Below the pieces are notes generated by a model. It searched no databases and was not told the DNA's origin. It was given only the letters and a program-made list of their open reading frames with translations. From Botryllus schlosseri (Eukaryota), in assembly GCA_051294905.1 (NCBI GenBank), contig CM119385.1, positions 10,540,001 through 10,604,000 of the forward strand: a stretch of 64,000 nucleotides of DNA, written 5' to 3'. Within the stretch, counting starts at the first letter, position 1. Every line of letters begins with the position of its first letter. Shown in pieces: positions 11,886-23,400 of this stretch. A program made the translations under genes and the position numbers.

Positions 11886-12250
11886 GACATGCCGCTTGCA
11901 GTCTATACCCGAAGGTACGAATCACCGCCGCGGCCATAAGCCACCACACGAGAGATGTCTATACCCGAAAGTACGACATGCCAACAACGAAGCCGCGTGC
12001 GACCGATCCCTATGCTGAAAAGGGTTACCGTGCGACCACAAGACACAATAGCCGCATGCCAACGCACCCATAAGACATAAGAGCCACATGCCAACACGAG
12101 TTTCGCAGCCGCTTGCGACCGCCGCCTTAAGCCATAAGAGCCGCTTGCCACCGCACCCATAAGACGCAATAGCCGCATGCGAGCGGGCCCATAAGAGATA
12201 AGAGCCGCATGCCAACACGAGCTTCCCAGCCGCATGCGAGCGGGCCCTAT
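11886..12250. repeat. GC-rich degenerate minisatellite with 32- and 25-bp units
   Basis: Recurrent core GCCGCATGC(C/G)A with CCCATAAGA. Confidence 0.8.
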
Positions 12251-12322
12251 ACTACCCCATGCAAAAAAGACCACCTCACGACCGATCTACTACACTACTT
12301 ACGTTCATGTTGCCAAATTTAT

Positions 12323-12362
12323 TCCACTCGAAGCTTTTCGACTGGCTCTCATCAGGAGCGAA
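12323..12362 (-). ncRNA. Minimal type I hammerhead ribozyme motif
   Basis: Reads ttcgctc-CTGATGA-GA(GCCAG)TC-GAAA-AGCT-TC-gagtgga. The core is intact, stem I is 7 bp (2 G:U), stem II is 2 bp and stem III is the palindrome AAGCTT. Confidence 0.75.
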
Positions 12363-12453
12363 CGTCAGTAAATGCGGTTAATAAAATTCGAAATATAGAA
12401 TGAAATATAGAAATATTTCTAATTTCGAATTTTATCAACCGCAGTTACTGACG

Positions 12454-12493
12454 TTCGCCCCTGATGAGAGCCAGTCGAAAAGCTTCGAGTGGA
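12454..12493 (+). ncRNA. Minimal type I hammerhead ribozyme motif (mirror copy)
   Basis: Same core (CTGATGA 12461-12467, GAAA 12477-12480, predicted cut after C12486), with one stem I mismatch. Confidence 0.7.
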
Positions 12494-14381
12494 TTCTGTT
12501 AGTACAGTAAGCCAATATCAAAAAGTAGTTTAGTCAGGAGTTCAACGGAACTGGACATGGAGACTGGAGAGTTGAACATGGATATTTGGCGTCCAGTTAG
12601 TTCATTAAGGCCCTGGAATGCGACCGTATATAGGGTATACATAAGCAGTCGAGATGAGGTCGTGAATAGCCGGTCGTGTAATCGGACTACAGTTGCTTAA
12701 CTGCTTATTCTTTCTCGACGGACCCGATCTAACGTATGTGAACGGCTTGGTTAGTTCGACGTATCCCTATCCCTAATGACCATGGAATTCTGATATTTCA
12801 CATTAAATGTTCACATGGTGGATTCTATAGATTCTTTTGCGAACGCGAACCACGAAATTATACATCAAAGCTCGCAGACCATACACGAACGTGAACCTAA
12901 CGTTCTCACCATCCCTGATCAATATCCATATAATAGCATTGTAAAGCTGTCATATAAAACCACGTGACTTCTTCTGGAGCTCACACTGTACTCCTCTTTG
13001 AGAACATATGCAGAAGACGCGTGTGAACTCGCAAATGTTCAGTGCGTTCATTCTTAGCATTTGTGAGAACTTCGCATAACGCCTTACATTCATATGACTT
13101 TTTAGCAATTGACCTGTGTTTATTGCTGAAGTCTTCCCACATTAGATGTCACGCAGATGGAGGAACGTTTACCTGTTCTGGTGTTTGGGTGAAATTGAAT
13201 GACGTGTTGACTTTGGAAATCGGAAGTCATTTGATTTATTGCAGCCAACGAAGGCATACACGTCCAAAACTTGCACTTGTAGATTCCGCAAAGGCTACAT
13301 TGTTTTTCCCCCTAAGCCTTGGCGTGAACTCCGTGCAGAGCTAGTCAAATTCCGACTAAATACATATCATTGTAAATACCACTAAACGTATTTACATAGC
13401 ACGTTCCGAGATCTACATTCACCGCGGCAATAGATAATGTCAAGTTAATGTAGATAAGGCAAGTAAAGTTTAACGGCAATCACGGATAAAGTATCACATA
13501 TCTCTGGTGGCAATGTACATTATGTACAAACAAGGTGGTTTAAGCCTTAGTAAACACTGTATTTAGTCAGCTTTCACTTTTTTCCCGCTAGTCACATCAA
13601 CGTTAAAATCGCTGCCCGGAAAATTGTCACAATCCGCTAAAATGAAATGGCTCGGCTACCCCCAAAATCCTTTTGCATACCCCTGTTTGTGGACCCCTGA
13701 TGTAGAAGAACGCATCCATTCCTAAGATTTTTGTTCCGTGGCGTGAGATGACTCAATGGATGTGATTATTATTTTCTAAATCATGGATAAAATTTACAAT
13801 CTCCCATGGACAAAATTTAAGTATTTTTGGAATATGCAAATTACATATTTTTCATGAAGATCTCATTGAGCACTGTTGATCATACATCGAAATGAAATCG
13901 CTTGACACACCAGTTAGAACTTTCTGTAGGAAAATACATTTACCCATCGCTATGAATGCTAAAATCCAAATTATGACTGCGCGCAATACTATATTCAAAT
14001 TCAGATAATGGTCGATTTATTACCTGGAATCAATATTTAAGGTGTCGGACCGGTGTAAAGCCAAGATCGGACTTGAGTGACCAACGATGATTGTCTTGCA
14101 CCATGGGCAATACACAATTACACATAAATTTTGGAGAATTGACACTGCCATTATAGAATGGGATAGGGCGATAGGCTATTACGAAGAGAGATACTAATAA
14201 TACAAGATCGTGTTATTATATATATTATTTATACACATGCGGATATTTCTGCTTGCTATTCCAAAATTGGTATTAGTCGAGCTGCTATTCCCAGCAAGTC
14301 GGTGTCATGGTACAATATGACGGATGCCCTTTATGCAATACATCCTTTTTTTCGAATTTCGACTTCGTGGACTGCGCTAGG

Positions 14382-14387
14382 TATAAA
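14382..14387 (+). promoter_or_regulatory. Candidate TATA box of gene B
   Basis: TATAAA about 75 nt upstream of the ATG; supported by position only. Confidence 0.3.
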
Positions 14388-14459
14388 TTCCTACGAAGTC
14401 TATCGGCTGGCTTCACATATGCCTAAGACTGATCACAGTGATCAGCGCTACGGGTTGCG

Positions 14460-17400
14460 ATGGATATGCTGCTGAGAACTCCAGTTAGCATTTTATTATT
14501 GGTGACATCGGTGATGCCATTATTCAGCGATGGTGGGTTACTAAATCAAGACACTTCTGGCGATAACTCATACTCTCCATCTTCTACCGCTTCCGTAGCA
14601 GCAAGGAGGATTAGCGTAATAAGGTATTGGGTTAATGACAATTAGCTTGTAAAATTACAGCTTGCCGATAAGCAATTATGATTACAGTAACGCGGCTTCT
14701 AGAGGAATGAAATACGTGTTTGCATCAAAAGGTGACACCGTCATTTTGCGGTGTGAATTTCGTGTTTCTGGGTGGTATACCGTCCGATGGTGAGTTTTAT
14801 TCGGAGTGATAGTATAAATGTCCGTTGCCGACTTAATCAATACCAGGCTCCTGATTCCAGGGTGAGATTAAGGGAAGATACGTATGTTCCAAACGAGTTG
14901 CCAACTGATATTACATCTACGAACAACAGCGTCTCCATCGCAACTCTCGAAAGTGTTGAAGAACACGACCGTGCCAATTATACTTGCGTTTTATCGTCTT
15001 TAGGCGATTCCACAACCTACACCTTTCAAGTTGTTGTTAAAGGTGTGTTGATGCCAGAGGTGGTCAGCATTGAAGTATACCTCTACTTGCAGTACTGACT
15101 GAAGTAAATCTAATTTTCGCTACTCCTACTTCTCATCGTTATATTTTGTGATTTACTTATTTTCCATTCTATACAGTTTGTCAAGTAGAAGTATTTTGTT
15201 CTTCCAAGAGAGCGGTGGGGATGAAGCCGCGTTTTCGATGTTCTATTTGTATATGTTTATTGTATAATTATATTTATCAATTTGAGTTCTTTTTTATTTT
15301 CTTTTATATCCGATAGTAAAATTAAATGTAAACGGAATTTTACGATCTACCATATTTTCAGTTGCCACTGTCCAAAATATTGCAAATCTATCATTTGCGT
15401 CAGATATTGCGGTCGAATCCTTATGATGTTGAAAATATATATCTCATAGGCTGAAGCAACACTTCTGCATCTACTTGAGTAGCTTTCTTTACAACTATTA
15501 CTCAGCTCTGGTTGAAAGTAACATCAAAATCGATGACCTATTAGCTAGCCTAACCGAAATTTTTCGATGATCGATACTATAATATTAAAAACATTACAGA
15601 ATAGGGTTCCACTTTTAACCACGTTGACAGTTGTTGAGCGATTCTTGTTTGCAAGGGCGTGACGTCATGGAATTCATACTGAACTAGCTTGGAGATATCA
15701 CGTCACTATATACGAGCCGAAACGCGGCCGAAAGGCGCCGTTGGCTCCCCTCGTCACCAAATTGGGTACGGCACGTTTCGAAATATCCCACTTTTTACCT
15801 CAAATATATTTTCCTACTGAACTAATGCTTGTTGCTCGCTGTGTCCCTATAGTTACGGGTAATGACGTAACCATATACCACCCTTTGCATTAATCTGTTG
15901 CGATTTTGATTACAGAAAAGCTGTCTTGTGAAGAAAATACATGCTCACAGAACGGTCGATGTACAGAAACTGCTAATGGGCAAGTGTTGGAGCATTTGAA
16001 TCGCACATTGACGCACGTTCACACGAAGTATATGTTACAGATTTACCTGCGTATGTCAAAGGGGATTTATAGGGAAAATCTGCGAATTGGCTGATCCATG
16101 CTTGCGCTCGCCGTGCCTTAACGGTGGTCATTGTTCTGCGAATAGTACAGGTGGATTCATTTGCAAATGCGCAACAGGTATGGCCATAAATGGTTGAGGC
16201 ATATAGCAACCGATCTTATTCAAGTTGAAATAGTGTTGTATGATTTTACGCTGTAGGCCTACATAAGCGTACAAAAACGCCGTACGTTCCTAAAATATCG
16301 ACGCAACCTCAAACACGAGGCGAGAATTGTTTCCGTCAATACGACACGACAATATAAAAATTCGGAAAAATCCGTGTCTCCGTCCAAGCAGATGTTAACA
16401 CTTCTGTATGAAATAAAGTAGCGTTCGAATAATACCACTAACAGCCAATATCCCCGGTGTCGTTCAATAGGATTCAACGGAACCCTATGCGAAAGTGAAG
16501 CGTGTATGCCATCTACGTGTACCTCGGGTGGTACCTGTCGTGTAAAAGATGGTCGAAGAACATGCGACTGTCACCACAATCAAGCTGGAAACCGATGTCA
16601 ATTTACTTGTAGATTTGAAGTAAGAACCGGACCATGGATTAGCTTTTCTGATACATTCATCCGACTGACTATTACCATCCTTTGTACCTATCGATGTTTT
16701 TGAACACTACCACCTCTCCAACTTGCCGGTTCTGTAGGTAGTTTTATGCATGTCAATGTTTTTCTTGTAATCGAACTATACAAACTTTATCTCTTTTCTT
16801 CTCGCCATACTTTTTATGTAATAAATGCCGTTACCCGGTATAGCGGCGATAACAATTTCTTATTACAACCGTAACAGCTCTTCGTCAGTCCCCTCAAAAT
16901 GTGGGTCTTGGGACCCCATAGGATGATAAAACCGAATTTCTGGGGGGGGGGGGGTGAGGCCCCCCAGACGCCCCTCAGGCTATAGCTCTTTGCCGCTACG
17001 TATCAGCTACGTTACGTGTGCACTATGCTGTTTGATAAGTTAGCTGATATCTCCTAAATGCGCGAAGCGCAAAAAATATCCATAATTCACGATTGAATCA
17101 GTCAATATGATTTGGAATTGCATGTATATTGCTATCGATATTTTATCCTCTCTCTGCTCACGTAATCAAATTTACCGTTAGTAGAGCTGAGTGAGGTGTG
17201 TTGGAAAAGGTAGGACCCCTAAAATAATAATTAAACATCTTCGGACGGACTCGATGGTATAATGACTTCGTTACATGATGCTATTTCGTGATCTCCTATT
17301 TGCAATGTCAAAAGACATTGAAATCGCCCAAACTTACTAAACTAAAAGACGCACACGATTTGAAATTGGTATTTCATTACTGGCTAATAATTTTCTCTGT

Positions 17401-20400
17401 GGGATGGCATTTGTCTTGTGGGGTTCAGATCGCCATGACTGGAACTTTCGGCGCCAGCCATTTAGACGCTAATGGACAATGAAACATTGTATTTATATCG
17501 AAGTTTTCGGTCAGCACAAGGGCAGTTCTTTTCAGCCAAAGTCTTCCGGCCGCTGATCGGTCTGGCACACTTCTTGGAGTCGCATGTTACATGGCCTATA
17601 CCTTCATATGTCTTGGTGCGTCGTGGCGCAGTAATGCGTATTTTTTGTTTGGGAAAGGGTACCCAATAATCCAAATATTTGGCAACAATAAATCGTGCGC
17701 GCATAAATGTCCAAAGAAATGCTTCATAATTTACGCTAATTCACGAAATAATTTTGGCCCCCCGCCGTAGTTGAGGAGGGGGATGCGCCAGTTACGGTCC
17801 TGTTTACATGTTTGAAATAATAGTGCATTCTATAATTTGAAATTACAATATACAGATGTATAGATATGTTTGTTTATATTTCACGCTTACACAACATTGG
17901 CGCTTATTGACTATAAGTAAGTCTTCGACTCATTAATAACTGTATTCATATCGTCAATCAAAACCGCTAAGCGCGTTCAGTTTCCTGATGTGCACTGTGC
18001 TGTGCACGCAGTGTACACGTGTGCAGGACTTGTTGCTGTTACTGCAACCTAAACTTTTATAGGCACTTAGCCTACCCGCAAAACCACGACTATAGTATGT
18101 TTTTGAAACTTCAACTACTGTCTTAATGAAAACCTGTATGTAGGTTATACTATGATTTTCAGCGTGTTAATTTAAACCAGAGGTGACCGTTGGAAACATG
18201 GCTCGCGACCCGCGAGTCCCACAAAGGTCCCACTAAAACTAACAGCTATTGAAGTATAGCCTACATTACGTTAATATATTCGATAAATACTGTTTTTGAT
18301 CCCTATGCTTTAAAATTTAAGTTAACACTAAATACAATTTCTTCCTGGTATAGGCGGATAAATACGCAATCAATCTATCGGAATCCGGCCCGCCAAACTT
18401 CATTTTCCCATATCAGGCCTCTGCCAACTGCTGAAGATGTTGCCCGCCGCTGATCTATGCTCTTACTTATTCCAGAGTTACGACTCAAACGATTACAATT
18501 ACCGCTATAATCATCGCGCACGATATTGCCGCCATGGAAAAACTTGCAAGCTATCATCAAATGGCCTGCGTGAGACCTGTGTTTGTGATAATAACAGACG
18601 TTCCTCGGCACATCGCTGCATGATGGAATCAGGTACCTGACCTCATAAGGTCTCCTCTGAATGTTATGGTATTTCAATGTCATCGTGTTTTGGCGTCGTT
18701 CAAGTGGATCTCGACCAAATTTACAGTGTGGTGGTGTCAATATTCGTGTGAGGTACAGGCTAATTGGGCGAACATTCCGAACCGTGAGTGTGAAGCAGAA
18801 ACGAGCGGATTTGGTGCTTTCGAATTATCAGGATATTTTCGTATTACGTCTAAATCCGATAACGTCTCAAATCCATGCGAGTAGTCACATTAACATTGAA
18901 AATGCTCGGAAAGTCAGTGTTGAAATCCAGGTTAGAAAAAGCGTAAATGAAAATCTGTAATAATAAGGGTTTTTTTTGACATGTCAAAATTTGTCAAAAT
19001 TTTGTCAAAATTGTAGCGTTAGGTCAAAATTTGTCAAAATTGTTCATAAAGTCAAATTTTTTTTGACGTCTTTATTTCGTTTGTATCGTAGATTTTGCAC
19101 TGTCGGTGAACGTATCATTTGATATTTTACAGCTTGTAGCCTACTTTATAGGCCTACTGTTGTAAACGGCCAATTGTCTGCTCATACTGAATCATCAATG
19201 GTCAAATTAAACAAATAGGTGGACATGGTATCATGGTCAACGTACCGCAATATCCTAACTGGGGCATCATTCTTATATTGAGAAGCGCATGATGAAAAAT
19301 TGCAATAAACAACATTGTCAGAATGAAGCAACATGGTGTGTCACCAGTAGTGTATGCACAACCTGAGTATTGTCAGCCAACAACTGCTGCTGTTGAACGG
19401 CCTTGATGCACTTTTTACCCAAGAATATAGGAAAGTATCTCTCGTTGTACTACAATTTTTTTAAAATTATTTCCACCATAATACGTATTGCAACCATTGG
19501 AATTCTTCATAGGGCCAATATTGTTAATATTAAAATATTGTTTTTTATATGTACAAAGTTGCCTGTTTCTATGCCAAAAACGTTTTTTCAGGCCAAACTA
19601 CTTTGTTGGGACAGCCAGTTACAACCGGAAATGTAGATAACTGGTACAATTTTGACATTTTTTGGGAAAACACCTAATTTGCATACGTTAGGTCAAAATT
19701 TGGTCAAAATTCATTTTTTTAGGTCAAAAAAAGTCAGTATTTTAATTTTTTAGGTCAAAATTTTCTTTTTTTTTAGAAAAAAAAACCGCCCTAGTAATAT
19801 TAGTTAAATCCTGTATTTTGTTTCAAATCGAAACCGAAATCTATGCTCATCTCCATTGTAACGGGCAAAGGCATCAATTGTACCGTACCGTAGCCTACCG
19901 ACCAAGTGTTATATAGCCAGTGCTCTTCAACCGGGGTTTTCGTACACCCTAGGGTGTACCAGAATTTGCAAAGGGTGTACCACTCGGTTGGGGTGTATAG
20001 GGGTGTACCAGATCCGAATTACAATGAGCCGATGGCTAGCTATTACAAAGGCAGGTTTATGGGTCAGTACAGGTTGACGCACAGGTTAATGAGCAATATG
20101 GTACGATGTTATCTCTAGGGCTGGGCAAAATCGAGTACCTGAGTGATTCGATTCTGAATCACGTAATATGCTTCGAGTCGAGTCGAGTAATCGACTATCA
20201 CTCATTATGACGTCACAACAGGATGTACTATGTCGAAGTCCAAATATGAACCTTTTATGCCACCACAAAGAACGTAATGCCTGTTATCCATCACATTAAA
20301 GATACTTTGGTATTTTTTCGACCATACCGATTTCATTGCACTTCTTGACAATTTTGTTGGATGATAGTGACTTCGGAAATGTGTTATTTCCAGTAACGTT

Positions 20401-23400
20401 CGTAGCTTTAAACTGTACCTGGTATGCTGAAACACGGCCAATCAAGGTTTCACGGCTTCCTCCGTGGAAAATAGTATCAAAACTATAATTCTCGTCAGTA
20501 AATTAACTTTCAGTTGCGAGGACCGTATAATTTCAGTACTTGAAAAAATCGTATTTTACTACTCGACTGGAATCATTAAAATTACTACTCGATTCAGATT
20601 CGAGTACTCGGATCATTTTGCCCAGCCCTAGTTATCTCAAGTGTAATACTGTACACCGCTTGATTGTGATGTCATAAGCAAATATTTCTCATATTTATTT
20701 AGCCGTCGGCAATAGACTAATGGTTCCGTTTGGTGTTGGAAAGTATGCAGTTAACAAACATGTGTTCAGCTATAGTCATTTGTCTTTTAGTGAATTTTGA
20801 GGAAACCGCCGCGATAGCTCAGACTTCTTGAATCGGTACTTCCTACCCGACGTTAATAAACTGCAATGCACATAAATGAAGTGACGTAGCCAGCCAGGGT
20901 CGAAACAGCTTCCATGTTGAAATCGAAACCCTTTTGTTTTAAAATGCCGGTTTTATGTGTAATATTTCGCCATACATTTGCAATTTAGTATTTTGTTATT
21001 AGTGATGCAAATTAGCGACAATAGACTGTGTATAGCGGCATACGATCTGAGGTTACTGACATCTCTTGCAGAACATGTGCTACTATCGACTGTGTGTGGT
21101 GTGGGCCAGGCCTGAAACGCAGTAGGCTGGTGCGCCTGCTATCATCGCTGATCTGAATTACCGCTTCAGCAGCAGTAGCTTTACCTACCTCTCTCCCCAA
21201 TACTGTTACATTTAGGTTGATTATCGTTCGTACTGTCATGCTGTTTTTGGGCTGACAAGAAATAAATTCCAATTTGCGTGGCGGGCGGCCTAAATGGCTG
21301 CGAATAGACTCTGTGACCGAATACGATTTTATTCAAATCCAATTTTTTTGACGGCAATAACTCCGCTTCTACTGGTTGGAATTGAACCAAATTTGAAGAT
21401 CATCGTTTTTATAGACAACATAATACTTTCATGGGGTGAACAGAAAAATTTCAAATTTTTCGTGATTTATTTTTATTTATTAAATAGAAACTTTCTTCTC
21501 CCGTAGCTATGCGGCTACTGGTTGGAATTGAACCAAATTTTGTGTGTAGGCTTAAGTTAGGTAACCTAACAATTTTATCAAGTAGCCAGTACGATTTGAG
21601 AAAAAAGTAATTTTGAAGACCCCTGATAAACAGGGGTGTACGAGTTTTGAGCAAACGTTAAAAGGGTGTACCACGTCGAAAAAGGTTGAAGAGCACTAGA
21701 CGCTATGATTCAGTGCTTTTTTTCATTGCAGTATGGCTGTAGCATTGACTTTCTAGGCATATCATCATAATGACATTGACATCCCTTATGGATGCATGCC
21801 TTTGGAACCATACCGACCTGCCCGCGATTACAAATGACACATGCGATATAATTGATAATCCTGTAATACGATTCCACTTTAACCAGGCGACAAATGATAC
21901 AATTATTTGATAGATTAATATCGAAATAACCTTTCATTTATGCCAGAGAGAATACAAAATAAGACCACAAAATGAGGATAAATTGTTATTAGTCAATTTT
22001 ACAGGTTTGATAAGATTACTCATTCATTCGAAAAAATTCATTGTTAGCGTCTGTGACATACAGTGCAGTAACTGGTTGCCGTATGGAATCGAGGTGAATT
22101 TGGACAGTCAAGTTCGAGCGGCAACTCAGTATTAACTTGTAGCGGAGATGAATTATTATGTCGCACTGGTAAAATTACAGCGCACGCACACGCATCGCAC
22201 ACGGCTACTCAATCACCAATTATACTTAGCTAGAATTGGGCCCTGAGCTGTCGCAAGAAAGTCGCAAAGACTTATCGCTCTCTGCCATTGCGTGCGCATG
22301 CGCACGTACGTGTGTTGCTGGGAAGCATGACTGCGAGCGCATAACTCTAACCAAAACACCTGCAAACCTAACCCGAACCATATATTAATACGAATTACCA
22401 GGTAACCTGACCCATGTAACCCTAACTCAATATAAACTGAACGGATCCCAAACCACACAGGGGAATTTTGCGTAGTGGTGACATCGACCGCCGACTACGC
22501 ATAGGCGGATAGGTTTAAATTCTTGTCGGTAGCCGAAACGTCAGGGGTTTATCTGAGCTCGCCTCTTTCCTTGTGTCGCTTGTTCCTACGCCGCCAAAAA
22601 GCACAGTGAGAGACTCGACCAAGGACGTAAACAATGAATCGAACGAAAAATGAGCAAGGAAGAGCTGCCTAAAGAATGACATACGCGATGAGACCGAGAT
22701 GAACAATATTACGTATGGCAGAAATACGTGCGTGCAAATGGATGCTTACCCATACCATACGTGATAATTTTTCAACTCCGTATACGAATTTACATTTGTC
22801 CGAAATTACTGATTACCCTGTACTGTACCCTAATGTCTAAATATTCTTTATGCCTTAGATGTGGCCAACGAGTGCGCAAACTCCAATACATGCAAGGGAC
22901 ACGGAAGCTGTGTAGACCAAGTATTTGGATTTCGATGTAATTGCCACAGTTACTATCATGGAACTAATTGCGAATTCTACAACGAATGCTCGTTATCGAA
23001 CAATGTATGGGTGAAAGAAGGAAATCGTCTGCCTTCAATGTTATGAATCGCATATTTTGACATATTTTCAGAAATGTAGACACTTTGGAGGACGGTGTGT
23101 TGATTTAGTCGATGGCTACAAGTGCACAGACTGTCCTAATGGACAGTACGGAGACAAATGCCAGTACCAAGATAGTGAGTATATACGTGACTGATAAGTA
23201 TGTTACAAAAACGTTATAGGATGAATACCTCCAAAACTATGATCAAAATAAACAAAGGCCGTCTTTAAAAATATGTTACAAATTCATTTTTATTTTGGAC
23301 ACCACTCTGTGTTTCGAAGGAATTATTATGAGATATTCATATACTTTTGAAAGCAAATTGATATATCGAATATCGTTTCGCATAGTTCACCAATTGACGG

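Larger units (their letters stand above)
12323..12493. repeat. Near-perfect inverted repeat (72-bp arms)
   Basis: Arms 12323-12394 and 12422-12493 have 3 mismatches and a 27-nt spacer. Confidence 0.97.

Noticed and set aside
11886-12250. CRISPR-like repeat/spacer appearance
   Set aside because: The context is eukaryotic, the units are degenerate, the intervening sequences resemble each other, and there are no cas genes.
13100-13330. Possible BED/THAP zinc-finger remnant on the minus strand (GIYKCKF...)
   Set aside because: Cys/His spacing is incomplete and the frames are broken, so it cannot be supported without a profile search.
18661-18960. Cys/Trp-containing ORFs after the EGF4 exon as extra gene B exons
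   Set aside because: The 18632 donor joins 22859 in phase and gives a sensible EGF linker. No domain is recognisable here.
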